Below are positions 37,201 to 49,013 of a DNA stretch of 64,000 nt, in pieces. The notes beneath the pieces were generated by a model. It made no database searches. It was not told where the DNA came from and saw nothing but the letters and a program-made list of their open reading frames with translations. Position numbers and translations under genes: made by a program. The stretch comes from Gracilinanus agilis. Its lineage: Eukaryota. The stretch covers positions 270,023,441-270,087,440 of the forward strand of contig NC_058131.1 of assembly GCF_016433145.1 (NCBI RefSeq), read 5' to 3'. How positions within the stretch are numbered: position 1 is the stretch's first letter; each line of letters begins with the position of its first letter.

Positions 37201-40200
37201 CCTCTAGACCTTGGGCCCTTCTAAGGGGGAGGCCCTGATGCCTGGGAGAGTTGGGGGGAGCCTGGACTGCAGGTTCATTAGCACAGGAACCAGGCTCATG
37301 GGATAGGTTGTTTGTTTTGTGTTACTCCTGGCGGATGTCTTTCCTGTTTGTGTATTGGCAGTCCCAGGGGCAAGGGGAGGAGGAGTAACAGGTACTGGTA
37401 CAGTGAAAAGAGCCTTGGCTTGATGATCAGAAGTCCTGGCTCTGGCCCTAACCAGATGAATGACCTTGGGGAAAATCACTTCCATTTTCTGGGCTCTACT
37501 ATTGTCTTCTATAAAACCATGGGGTTATTAGATCAGCTATTTTCTAGCATGCTTTTAGTTCCAAACGTCTATTCTGCAAATTCCTGGGCTCTCCTCCTCC
37601 CCGTAAAGCATGAACCTGATATGCCATGGTTCTAAACTGGGAGTGAGTGGGGGGGTGCCTTTCTGCAAAGCCCCTAAGACATAGCCCCTGCCTTGGGGAG
37701 GACTTTGTGCAGAAAAGCTTCTTTCTGCTCTCAGCTGTGTCACTTTCCAAACTAATAGAACAGAGAACAATATAGAACACCAAGTGCTATTTAGACAATA
37801 GGGGGCCAGAGGAAGAAGAGATAGTGAATGGAGTAGTTACGGAAGGCCTCTTGGAAAAGGTTAAGGTTAATTTGTGCCTTGAAGTATGGGTACTATTTGG
37901 ATAGGTATCAAAAAAGAGGGACTGGGGGCAGCTGGGTGGCTCAGTGGATTGAGAGTCAGACCTAGAGATGGGAGGTCCTAGTTTCAAATCCAGCCTCAGA
38001 CACTTCCCAGCTGTGTGACCTTGGATAAGTCACTTAACCCTCATTGCCTACCCTTACCTCTCTTCTGCCTTGGAGCCAATACATGGTATTGACTCCAAGA
38101 TGGAAGGTAAGGGTTTAAAAAAAAGGTGGGGGACACACTTCGTGGGCATTCTAAGGGGTAGAGATACTATCAGTAAAGGAGAGAATGAGCATGGGGTGGG
38201 GGTAGACTGGATTGAAGAAGAAATCAACCTGTGGGGGCCTGAAGACCCTTTTCAAGTAACAGTGGGCAGTGGTTCGGAAGAGAGGAGGGACCAGATTGTA
38301 GAAGGCCTTAAATATCAGTCTGGGGAGTTTGGACTTTATTTCAGCAGATGGTGAGGAGTCATTGAAGGTGTTTGAGTAAGGAGGAGGTGGGAGGTGACTC
38401 ATTTTCTTCTAATAGTAGCCCTATGGGATTCTTCCCATTTGACAGATGAGGAAATTGAAACCTGAAGAGAAAAGTGAGTAGAAACCTTGGGTGAGTTAAT
38501 ATAGATCCAGGGTTTAAAATCTAGGTCTCTTGATTCTCAGCCAGGGCAGCTTTTGTATAAGTAGAGAAAAATGGCCCCCAAGGAGATGGGAGCTCCTTAT
38601 CTCCTGGGCCCCAGCCCTAGTTTCTTGATTTTTGTCTGAATTACCTGAAGCTTTGGTTCAGGGATACTTAACAGCCTGGGAGGCCGAAGGAACATGATGC
38701 ACTGCTTTTTCCTTCTGGGTAAATTGAGACTAGAAGAGACAAGAACCTTTTGGAGCAGGACATAGAGAATCCTTGTGATGTTGCATCTCAGAGATTCTGG
38801 ATGTTCAGAAAAGGAAGTAGGATTCCCCCCTTCCCCCCCCCCCCAAACTGATGTCTGTCTTTTCTGGCCAAGCCTCAGAGCTTCCACTGCCAGTCAGAAC
38901 TAAAGGCTGGGCAGTATGTAAAAGGTGGGGAAGCTAGTTCTGACAAATAAATGTGGTGGTGCTGGGAGCAGGCGAGGCTTTGTTTGTCTTCCGCATTCTA
39001 TTTGTTTATTAAGAACTCTGCTCAGGCCAGGCTTTAGAAAGGAGCCGGTCCAGGGTCCTAGCTGGTCACAATGTACTCTGCAGTTTTCTTGGCCTTGCTT
39101 AGCCTTAAGGAACCCAGACCCTCTCACTTCCCCATAGACCCATTCATTGGTTGGCTGAGTACATTTTGGCCTGCCACCAGATGGCACTGCAGTGTTTGGT
39201 TTTGGGGTATCCACCCTAAATGAACCCTCCGACAAGAGTGACCCCAAGGGGCAGCAGGGTGGCTCAATAGAGAGCCAGGCTGGCCTCAGACACTTCCTGC
39301 CTGTGTGTCCTTGGACAAGTCACTTGACCACCCCCACTGCCTAGCCCATACCACTCTTATGCCTTAGAACCGATATTTAGTATTGATTCTTAGACCAAAG
39401 GTAAGGATTTAAAAAAGAGTGACTTGAATCTTCCCACTTAGTCTCTCTGTGACTTTCCCTACCCCCAGCCACCACTACTACCATATACAGACACCAACTC
39501 CCCTTAGGGGGAAGGAAGGGCTGGGCTTTCTGAACAATGTCCGGATGTCACTTTGAGCCAGCTTTTTACTCCAGGAGAGTGGTCTGAGTAGGAGGTAGAT
39601 TTGAAGGCTGCCGGTTGGGTCCTAGGGCCCTCAGTGGATGTAGCCAAGTCCAGAGTGAGCATCAGGCCTCTTGGGTTCCTCTCCAGGGTAGACTTGGCCA
39701 AAGATTTTTTGCCTTCATATGTTTGATGAAAAGGCAAGCAGATTATCTTCTACCCTTTGCTCCCCTGAGGGCCCCTCTTTTGGGCTAATCCCAATCCCTT
39801 GACCTGGTGCCCAGTTGTTATTTTCCCTTGTCTCTTCTTTTTAGGAAAGAGGACCATGATATAAGTCCTCCGTGCCTACTTCTCTACAGTATTTTGGTTT
39901 CCCTATTTGAGAGAGTGGGAGGCCACTGTAGGAAGACTTTTGCCTCTCAGCTTCTTGTCACATTTCCTTTTCTTTTTGTTAAGAACTTGTAGTGCCAGGT
40001 ACTATGCCTTTGTCTAGGCAGGACCTTGGTACTTCTGGCAGATTCTATGGGTTAGGGGGGGAAGGGAAGGGGAATTGGTTCCCAGAACATCCCCTTTCCA
40101 TTCTGCCTAACCTTGTTACCCTTTCTCCCCTGGAAGGATTCTCTGGCTCAAATTTTGGCCACGAAGGACCTATTGGATAGGAAACCTCCTTTGGCCAGGC

Positions 40201-43200
40201 TATGGTTGTAGGTGCCCTGGTTATTTCATTAATCCTAACTTCTCTGTTTCCTGTCAGATGCTACCTGCCCCCGAAGCTTGGACTGTACCTTGAGGCGGAG
40301 GGCCTTGTGCCCACCTGGGTCCAGTTCCTGTGGACCCTGCCTCCGATCCTTTGTGGAGGATGACCTTGGCCACTGTATTCCCAAAAAACAGCTACCAAGA
40401 GGTATGTGGGATGGTTGGAGGGGGGGCAGGTAGAAGAGGGTGGTGACTTAATTCCAGGGTCACATCATAAACCCAGCATAGTGTAGCCTTCGAGGCAGGA
40501 ATGGATGAGAGCTTGAGTTGAGGTGAGTTGTCTGCCTTCACTTTTTATGAGCCCTGGGACTTCCAGCTACATACACATATGCATAGATAAGTACACAGAC
40601 ACATGCACAGACAGACCTGTTTGGGGAACATGTTGTTCTAGGTTGATTCTTCCCCTAACAGCTTACACATCCCTGGAGCTAGCGGTGAGGATGCTGGGTG
40701 AGGACCATGTGGTTCCTTTGGGTGCCAGGAGAATGGGCTTTGCTGCTTAGGTCCCCTTTCCCATCCTGTTCCTTTGTTGTGACACTGGACCTAATTCTTG
40801 CTTCAGTGGCTTCTGTGTGTTGGTCTGGAGCAGGGGTGTTGGTCTGTCTCTGGTTTTTGCTTTTTTTGCCAACCCTATCCCCCCCTTAGGAAATTGGAGG
40901 GATAAATAATTGGGGGGCCATCTTGATGGGAGAGTGGGGGTACAGGTACATGGGTATGTGGGTATATCTCCTATCTGTTTGGTGTATGTAGTGGGTATGA
41001 CTCAAGCTTCCTTAGATTGCCTGTCTGTCCTCAGCCTTCCCCAGCTCTTCCAAGTCAGGGAGTAAAGGGGTTTTGTTCCTCTTTGAAAGGTTGTTTAAAA
41101 ACCTACACTCTCATTCTACAAAGCTTTTTAGTGCTGATGCCCGCCCGCCCTCCCCTTCCCCCCTGCTTGCCATTATCTCTGAAATATCCAGAAGCTATTT
41201 GCTTGGGGTAAGATGACATGCAGAGCACTGGGTTGTTTTTCCAGGCTCCCCTTCCTTAGGAAGGAGAAGGAGGAGGGGGCAGCTTTCTAGCCAGTGGGAG
41301 TGCCAGGTGTCCCAGGGTGAAAGAAGTATCTCCATATGTATGTGTGTACATGTATATTTACATGTCTGTGCACAGATGCTCTTTGGAAACTAGGGAGGAA
41401 TGGAGCTAGAATTGGGGGGGAGAAGTAGTGGTAGGGATTGTAGGGGGGAGGGTTGCTGCTTGTCTCCATGAGTCCTGGGGACTGGTTGCTTAGTACACAG
41501 CCTCTGTATCCTGTAAGCCTTTATCCTTGATCTTCTGCAGCTTGGGGCAGTGACAGGTGGTACTGGTTTGGGGAGAAAAGGGTGGGGGTTGATATAGAGT
41601 GGAAACTCTGTCTCCATAGTAATGCCCTCTGAGCTCATCACAGTATCAGAGCTGGAGGGCATGGAGTTCTCACTTGATGGGGTAAAAGGAAAGATATACT
41701 ACATAGCTGGGATCCTCATCTCCTGAATTCTGCTTCTTGGATATCTTTGTTTTGCTTTGACCTTTGCTTTGTTTCTTTCTCTTCTATGCCTCTGTTTCCC
41801 TATCTGGAAATAAAGAATAGCTTGGGAAGTAGATCCTCTTGGGGAGCTGATGGTCTCTTTTTTGGTGGCAGTGCTTTCCAAGCTGTGTTCTGTGCAATGG
41901 GGATTCCATATGAAAATATTGCTATTGGTTGTAATTTTCCCTATAAAATTATACATAAGATTTTGTCCATATACAACAATGTCTGTATGGCAGTTTTTTA
42001 GAATACAAATAAATTGTTTCCTCTATTTTTGCTTTTAAATTTTCCAGACAGCACCTCTCCCTCCTCTTTATCCTGGGGATATTCTTGATCTCCTGGAGTC
42101 ATCAGTGTTTCTGGATTCTCTCAGTATATTTAAAGCTCAAGTGTATTTGCTGGCCAAATCAGATTGAAAAACACTACTTTATAGATAATAGAGAGAGAAA
42201 GAGAAGAGCCTGGGGCAGTGGGGAGGTCAATAATTTATGATCTGAGGCTTAATCTTTAAGCTTCTGCCTCAGTCACACAGTTATTCTCTACCCCCACCTC
42301 CAATTAGTGGGTTTTTCCTAGGAGCTGTTCTGTGAGATGTTATTGCTCTGGTGGTCACCATGGCAACCCCAGAGCTGACTTCTAGAGCATAGGGGAAAAA
42401 AAACCTGGCTTCAAACTCCCCTTCCCTAGAGGTTTGGGAAAATGTAGGAGTGCAGAGGAAATTCAGAAAATGTGGCTTGAGTGACCACTTTTCCCTACTC
42501 TGAGCTGAGCCCAAGACCCCAAAAGACGCCTGTCTCCTTATTACTTGTTTTATAGGATCTGTCATCTTAGTGCATGAGGCGGGGAAAGGGTGCCCCAGAT
42601 CTCTTATGGTTCCTCCTGGGATGTGGGCTCTAGGCAGAGATGGATTAGGAGAGTTGCACATCACCCTGATAGCTGTTCTCTTCCATGTCAAAGGAAGGAG
42701 ACAGGGTTCCTTCTGCCTTCTTCACCAAAAACAAGTAAACCAAGCCAAAAAGCTGTTGGAGCCCAGATCTAGCTCTAACAGAAGTTCCTGTTGCCCTGAG
42801 AAGTGGTTTGGCTTGTTGGCATAGTCCCCTGCCTGGACTCAAGTGTCCCAGTAAAATGGGGTTGGGTTAAAATGATCTCTTAAGACCCTTCTAGCTATGG
42901 GTTTTCAAGCTCTCCAATTCTCAGTGGTGTGAGAAGGTTGTGGTTGGCAGCAAGACCTGTGGAGCATTCTACTACAATCTTACCTTCTAGAACCCTTTCT
43001 ATTTTATCCATTCCAAGCCAGTAAGAGCTAGGCAATTGGGATTAAGTGACTTGCCCAAGGCTACACCATCAGGAAGAGTCTTGAGGTCAGATTCGAATCC
43101 AGGACCTTCCACCTCCAGGCTTGACTCTATCCACTGAACCACTTTGCTGCCCTGTCACAGAACTTTTGAGAAAAGCATTTTGCAAACCTTAAAACAATGT

Positions 43201-46200
43201 AGTCATGTAAATTTAGCAGTAGCAGCAGCAATAACAATAACAGTTAGTAGTAGTTGTGTTGCCACCTGGAATGGTAGTCCCACATAGTCAATATTCATTA
43301 CTTTGGGTAAGTTCCTTCACCTCTGAGCCTCAATTTCCTCATCTGCAAAGAAAATGAATGTATTTCTCAAGCCTTAAAAGTGCTCTATAAATGTGAATGA
43401 CTGTTCTTGTGACTCAGCCTCTAGGCCCTAGTAGGAGGAAAGAGTGTTCTCTGGGAAGGAGAAGGAAATAAGTATTTTAAGTGCCAACTATGTGCCAGGC
43501 ATTGTAAAGTGCTTTGCAAATATTATCTCATTCTATCCTTAAAAAAACCCTGAGAGGGGGCAGCTGGGTAGCTCAGTGGATTGAGAGCCAGACCTAGAGA
43601 CAGGGGGTCCTAGGTTCAAATCCGACCTCAGACACTTCCCAGCTGTGTGACCCTGGGCAAGTCATTTGACCCCCATTGCCTACCCTTACCAATCTTCTAC
43701 CTATAAGTCAATACACAGAAGTTAAGGGTTTAAAAATTAAAAAAGAAAAAAAAAAGAAAAAAAAAACCCTGAGAGGTAGGAACATTGCTATCTCCCTTTT
43801 ACAGTTGAAGAAACTGAGGTTAAGTGGCTTGCCCAGCATCATATAGCTAATTGGCTAAATGGCTGAATTTGAATTCAGGCCTTCCTGACTCCAGACTCAG
43901 CACTCTACCTCTTACATTTCCTAGTTCTCCTCTTAGGAATCAGAGTTCAGCTCTATCTGTCCTATTGCAGGCTCCCACTGTGCCTCTTCCCCCATTTGAG
44001 CCCCTGGCAGGCACTAACTTTCTCTTTCCCTTTATTTTTTATTTTAAACCCTTAACTTCTGTTTTGGCTCCTAGGTGGAAGAGTGGTAAGGGTGCACAAT
44101 GGGGGTCAAGTGACTTGCCCAGGGTCACACAGCAGATTTGAACCTAGGACCTCCCGTCTCTCTAGGCCTGACTCTAAATCCACTGGACTACCCAGCTGCC
44201 CCCTTCTCTTTCCCTTTAACAGTAAACCTGGTGGCCCATGAGAAAGAAACCTAGGACTTCATCCTTTGGGGAGTCCACATAGATAGCCATGCTCTAGCCT
44301 TTGCACATCCTGAAGGTCTGAGATATCAAAGAGCTGTATCTAGGCAGTTCTTAGCGAAATCACTGATTGATAATTTGAGAGGAGGGTGCCACCAAGCTCC
44401 TCAGCAGGAAGCAAGGCAGGAAACCGAGTCGAGTATCTGGGGGATGGTTGTCAACTTCCTGGCTTCAGGCCCTTCTTGCTTGGCTGGGGGTGGGGGGCAG
44501 CTTGGTCTTCCTTTCTGGGGAGAGGGGTAATAGCCAATGCCCTATTCTGAAAGACTTCCAACAGAGAGCTCTGCTATAGTATAGAGATTATGGTACAAGA
44601 ACACTTGAGAACTGAGTGAACACCAGGGGGTGGTGTTGGCTCAGCAGAGCTGTCTTGTCCAGTGAGTTATAGTTCCTGAGTTTTGGTCCCTGAATTTGTG
44701 CTCTGGGAATTTAAGCTTGTCTTGGTTTTCCTGCCCTTAAAAATAGAGACAAAATGAGTGAGAAAAAAAGGAGATGAATGGACAGATGGATGGAGGGGAG
44801 GAGGGAGAAAGAGAGAAATGGAAGGAGGGAGAGAGAGAGACATACACAGATAGTTGGGGGTAGGGATTATTTTTTCCTTCTTGATGTCATCTGATTTCCC
44901 CATTATCTCCATGTCTCAAGCTTGGGATCTCTTTATCATTTCCCTATAAAACCTTCCTTTCCAACTTCTTCTGGAATTAGCTGGCCCTTCTTCCTTCCTT
45001 CTCTCTCCCCACTGCTCTCCCAGCATTAAATGGAGTTCTTTTAATGGTATCCTTTAAGTGGGTTACAGAAGGGTCTCATGGAGGAGCTAAGCTGGCTGGA
45101 CCCTTCCTGTTCACTCCTTCCCTCCCACTTCCCAATCCCAACCCTTGCCTACTGAGCCAGCTATAGATGGGCTGCCTTCTGAGGCCCCCAAGGGACATAT
45201 TGTGGACTCCGTATTTCCCCATATACACACACAAATAACCAGAGTCTGAGTACTGGTGGAGCTTTGGCTTTAGGCACATTTTTGTAGCCACTGCCCATTG
45301 ATTGAATTAGATCAAGACAGTAGAGCTCTTTATAAATGTTAACTATTGTTATTACTATGTAAATACACTGTGAACTCCCTAAATCCAGATTTGGGGATGT
45401 TCTGTTTAAGGAGGGATGGGGAAATGCAGAGAACCCCCCCCCCCCAGGAGCTGCTCTTCCTCCCTCCCCAAACCTGGTACCCAGGGGGCTCTGGCAGGGT
45501 CTGACTGCTCTGCCCCTCAACCCCCTCAACCCCCTCAGGTAAGATGCAGCCCTGGCCTAACCTGGAAGAAGAAATCGACATTCTGGCTAACATGCTGGCC
45601 CGGCAAGACCCTGCCCCCCATCGCCAGGACACTGCCCCCCAGCGCTTCCGCTGGCCTGGTGAGCCCCCCCAGACACATCCCTCCAATGACACCTGACACC
45701 CAGTCCCACTGATTGCCACAAGGCCCTTTCCCAGTTTCCATTTTACTAACCCCAAGAGCCCCTTTGCCAGTCATGACCTCCTGGCCAGACTTCTCCTCTT
45801 CCTCTTTAGCAGCCACCCTGGCATCCCCAGGACAGGAGCCCGATACCCCATCCCCTCGGGGTGCACAAGTTCCCACGATTAAAGCCTCCCAGTCATCTTC
45901 AAGGCCTGTGGAGATGTCACCTGTGGATCCCCCCCACACATCCAATGACGTCCTTGTTCTCAGTAGGTAGAGGTGGAATTCCAAGGGTGGTGGGAGGCAC
46001 CAAAGTGGGGGGAAAGGGAGGGTTCAGCCCCCTCTTGATGGGAAATAGAGTGGCATACTGGAAAAAATGGAGTTAGGAGAGATTTGGGTTCAAATCCCAG
46101 CTCCAACACTCACTAGCTAATTTGATTTTGGGCAAGGCCTCTCTGAGGCTCAGTTTCCTCATGTAATGCTCATTCATTGGACTCTTATGAGGAAAGCACT

Positions 46201-49013
46201 GTATAAAGCTCAAAACGACATAAATGTGATTGTTGCTGTCATTGTGGGCCCCTGTCCTTGTCTACAGTGATGATCGTGGTCTGTGCAGTGGCGGGGCTCT
46301 CGGCGCTGGTTGTAGCTGTTGTCTGCTGGTGCAGGTGAGACCCTGGTGAGACCCCCACCTCCAATGGGCATTTACCCTGAAGTTCTGTCAGTGAGAACAA
46401 GGCTCCTGGAGCTCCTGGGGTGGCCTTGTGTGTCTTTACACAGGTGTACCTGCAACGGGGTGCTGGAGCTTTGAGGGGAGGTGGATAGTGTGCTCTGAGT
46501 TTTGTTGGCTTTGGGGAAGGGTGATGGATAGCCTACAGGCTAGTCTTGCCCTCACCCCGACCAAGTCACTCAACCTGGCTTCAGGCTGATCGAGACAGTG
46601 TGGAGAGGCTGGACCTGGGATCAGTGAGACTATCTTTCTTTCAGGTTACAAAAGGAAATCCGTCTGGCTCAGAAAACAGACTACTCATCCAAGTCCCAGA
46701 AAGTAACCGGCTCTCCAGCCTTTGGCAGAAGCATGGTAGGCAGGAAGGAAGAGTCCTGGCAATGGGAAGAAGCTATGGGGAATTGAGTTCCAGGTTGGAG
46801 GTGGAGGAGATTCTGCCATGGGGCCTGCTCTTTGGCCATTGCCTTCTGTCTCTGTATCAGTTCTAAAGTAGAAAGAGGAGCAGAAAGGGTTTGGCAATTG
46901 GAGTTAAATGACTTGCCCAGGGTCACACAGCTAGGAAGTATTTGAGAACAGATTTGGACCCAGGGCTTCTTGACTCCAGGCCTAGCTACCACATTGACCT
47001 AGAATTCATTTACCTACCTATAGGGCAGAGACTCAAACTATTTTGTGTCAGACTCCATTGGCTGTCTGGTGAAAAAGTATAGACCCCCTCTCAGAATAAG
47101 ATGGGGGATTTTTTGACTTTTGTTTTGATTCACAACTAAAGGAAATCCAAGGTTAAGAGCCTTGCTCTAAGAGGAAACTGATGTGCCTTATTTAGAGTTT
47201 CAAGGGGACCTTAGAGATCAGTTAGCCCAAACCTCCTCCCTCATTTGACAGAAGGTAACTGAGGTCCAGAGACTAAATCCAGGTCCCCTGGTATAATCTT
47301 TTCAGTTGTTTTTTTGGGGGGGGGAGTGGGTGGGCTTCTTTCTTTTCACTTAATGGCCCTCTGCCCACAGCCTGGGGACAAGAAGCTTGCCCAGAGTGCC
47401 CAGATGTATCACTACCAGCACCAGAAGCAGCAGATGCTGTCACTAGAGAAGTGAGTAGAGGATTTGTTTACTATGTGCCATGAATTAAGAACAGACACAG
47501 GGTTGGAGGCTGAGGGGGCTTGGTGGGGGAGAGACATGACACTGGCCCCTCACCAGGCTCCTAAATAGGCTGCTTCTGTGGGGAGAGACTCTCACCCCCA
47601 AATCTCCTCTACGAGAGAGATGGAGCCTGCTCCCCCATCTGGGAAAGAAATCCTGCTCTTCTCTGAAGTGATCTGATGAGTTTCCCAAGTTCCAATCAGT
47701 ATATCAACAAGGCTTTCTCTCTCAAGGTTGTACCTCTTTATATGCCAAGGGAGAGACAGCAGAGGGAGAAAATAACCCAGACTACTACAATCTTGCCCAT
47801 ATCCTCTCTTCCCTTACCCAATTTTGACTCTTCAATTTGGAGTCATTGAGGCTAGACTTCCAATGGGGAAGAGTGTGTCCCCTCTCCCCCACGGAGGCAA
47901 GAGGAAGGGACAGACAAATTGGAAATGGGGTCCTGAGCCTTGAAGAATAGTGACCTTGACAGCCAGAGAGATCAGAGCCAGAACTGGCTTGGGGAGAAGA
48001 TAAACTCAGGTTTCAGTGGACTGAGCTGGAACCCTAATGAAATGAACTGTCCCCATCCGTCCCCCCACTTCAGCCCCCTGAACTGTCTTAATCTATGGCT
48101 CCCCAGTCTCTTAAACCCTGCTTTCTAATCCCTTCTCAGGCATAAAGAGCAGCCTAAAATTATGGACTCTGGGTCCTCCGAGGAAGAGAATGAGGATGGA
48201 GACTTCACTGTCTACGAGTGCCCTGGCCTAGCCCCTATGAATGCCTTGGTAGGGAACCCTTTCTTGGGAGTTGGGGTTGGATGGGAGGCAGGGAGCAGAA
48301 AATAGCTTCTGGGGGGGTAAAGTTTGTAAAGGGGAGGGCTGCTTCCCTTCCCCCAATCCCTAGCCCTGAGGGAGGGAGAAGGGTCTTTTCTTATGGAAGT
48401 GGTCTTTACAGGCCCATTAAAAGGCCATTTATCACTTGTCTACCCCACCCCCACCCCCCCATTGCAGCTCCTGGTCTGACCTCCCCCTCACAACCATTTC
48501 CTTCCCCAGCAGGGTGCAAAGAAGTTTTATCTCAACCCCTGAAGCCTCTGCTTCCTGTGGGACCCCCCTCCCCATAAAATATTTTTGGGGCGCTCCTCTA
48601 GGAATTGGGAGTCCTTATTGGTCTGGTCTCAACAGTCCTGAGTCTCCTATAAATCTCATTTTCGTGCCCCCCACCCCCATGGTCAATGAAATGGGAGCTT
48701 CTAAGAAGAACAGATTCTAACTCAGCTCCCTCTGTATTTAGGGAGTTCAGTTTTTGAGAGGTCTGGGTTATGATTCCCCAATTTTTCCCTTCCTCCCCAG
48801 ACTGGAGAGATGGAAGTGAAGAACCCAATGTTTGACGACTCTGCTCTGGTGGGCCCTAGCCCCCGAGCTGCCTCTGGCCCTCGAGCCACTGCTGGCCCCC
48901 GATCTGGATCTGGCCCCCGTGTCAGCTCGGGCTCCCGCACTAGTGGGTCCCGGACTGGCCCCCGCCCCAGCCCCCGGCCTCCCAAGCTGGCGGCCCCCAA
49001 ATCTCACCAATGA
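25253..49013 (+). CDS. NPDC1: Neural proliferation differentiation and control protein 1; exons join(25253..25334,40258..40401,45539..45658,45810..45962,46268..46334,46645..46735,47371..47450,48140..48248,48801..49013)
   Basis: Signal peptide MAYPTLWFLLFGIILSGVLCSATA (strong Kozak AGAATGG), Cys-rich CPRSLDCTLRRRALCPPGSSSCGPCL, LEEEIDILANMLARQ, TM VVCAVAGLSALVVAVVCWCR, QKEIRLAQKTDY, GDKKLAQSAQMYHYQHQKQQML, EENEDGDFTVYECPGLAP and GEMEVKNPMFD all match NPDC1 as I recall it. 1059 nt in phase. Exon-1 start and exon-8 donor are inferred. Confidence 0.93.
25600..27000 (+). repeat. Highly degenerate tandem array; unit approximately CTAAYGCCATGAGACCCTCCTTCCCR (about 26 nt), C-rich on the + strand
   Basis: Nine CGCCAT (25687, 25838, 26110, 26290, 26424, 26571, 26593, 26622, 26683) and roughly 20 AGACC/AGACT, all in one orientation; a longer sub-unit TAAAATGGGTYYTTCCATYTKCT occurs three times. 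Confidence 0.75.
27380..27650 (+). repeat. Second degenerate minisatellite; unit approximately CCTGCAGTACCRCCCCTC (about 20-25 nt)
   Basis: Repeated ctgcagtacc, ctgcaatacc and ttgtaatacc, each followed by a C run. Confidence 0.75.
28588..28830 (-). mobile_element. MAR1-type SINE
   Basis: ccatttggggttttcttggcaaagatactgaggtggtttgccatttccttctccagctcattttacaaatgagg. Confidence 0.85.
30636..30770 (+). mobile_element. SINE1_Mdo-like SINE with an internal deletion and a foreign insert
   Basis: Intact head and 3' end (actccaagatggaaggtaagggtttaaaa) with the CORE missing; TSD aagataaggg. Confidence 0.88.
30957..31158 (-). mobile_element. SINE1_Mdo-like SINE
   Basis: Full-length reverse copy; flanking repeat cctgtcattct. 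Confidence 0.9.
32086..32269 (+). mobile_element. SINE1_Mdo-like SINE, short-tail variant
   Basis: Tail cttccaccaaggagccaatacacagaagttaagggttaaaa. Confidence 0.9.
32310..32552 (-). mobile_element. MAR1-type SINE
   Basis: ccccatttgggatcttcttgggaaagacaccagagtagtttgccatttccttctc..tacagatgaggaaactgaggcaaac. Confidence 0.8.
32810..33110 (-). mobile_element. LINE2 3' fragment, antisense
   Basis: aataagcatctatt..ggcacagtgctaagtgc..caaggagttcacaatctaat..ggccttgaaggaa, the reverse L2 pattern. Confidence 0.65.
33283..33532 (+). mobile_element. MAR1-type SINE
   Basis: ggtggtgcagtggatagaac..gtgaccctgggcaaatc..gagaaggagatggcaaacc..tgactgaacaataacaac. Confidence 0.85.
33660..33858. mobile_element. Young hAT (Charlie-type) MITE, 199 bp
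   Basis: TIRs CAGGGGTCAGCAACGT and AGGTTGCCAACCCCTG; perfect 8-bp TSD TCCTAGAG at 33652-33659 and 33859-33866; CpGs retained. Confidence 0.92.
35717..35907. mobile_element. hAT MITE of a different family, 191 bp
   Basis: TIRs CAGTGATTCCCAAAGT and AGTTTGGGAACCTCTG; TSD ttcttggg / ctcttggg. Confidence 0.85.
35955..36145 (-). mobile_element. SINE1_Mdo-like SINE, followed by a partial MAR1 (36146-36315)
   Basis: aaacccttaccttccatcttagaatcaatactgta..cccagctgcc. Confidence 0.88.
37924..38124 (+). mobile_element. SINE1_Mdo-like SINE
   Basis: Full-length copy with head, CORE, tail and A tract. Confidence 0.92.
39248..39416 (+). mobile_element. Internally deleted SINE1-like SINE
   Basis: Head joined directly to ctggcctcagacact; TSD aagagtgac. 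Confidence 0.8.
43557..43759 (+). mobile_element. SINE1_Mdo-like SINE, short-tail variant, inserted in a MIR
   Basis: 16-bp TSD aaaaaaaccctgagag at 43541-43556 and 43760-43775. Confidence 0.93.
44035..44203 (-). mobile_element. SINE1_Mdo-like SINE, short-tail variant
   Basis: TSD ttctctttcccttta at 44020-44034 and 44204-44218. Confidence 0.9.
48852..48977 (+). repeat. Coding tandem repeat in the NPDC1 last exon (about 18-nt unit, xxxGPR/GSR)
   Basis: AASGPR ATAGPR SGSGPR VSSGSR TSGSR TGPR PSPR. Confidence 0.85.

Noticed and set aside
41597-41675. Imperfect hairpin (atgccctc..gagggcat) as a possible intronic pre-miRNA
   Set aside because: The arms are unequal and heavily bulged; it cannot be supported without folding energy and small-RNA reads.
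45339-45984. Long antisense ORFs (138 aa and 149 aa)
   Set aside because: They lie opposite GC-rich NPDC1 exons 3-4, where stop codons are depleted.
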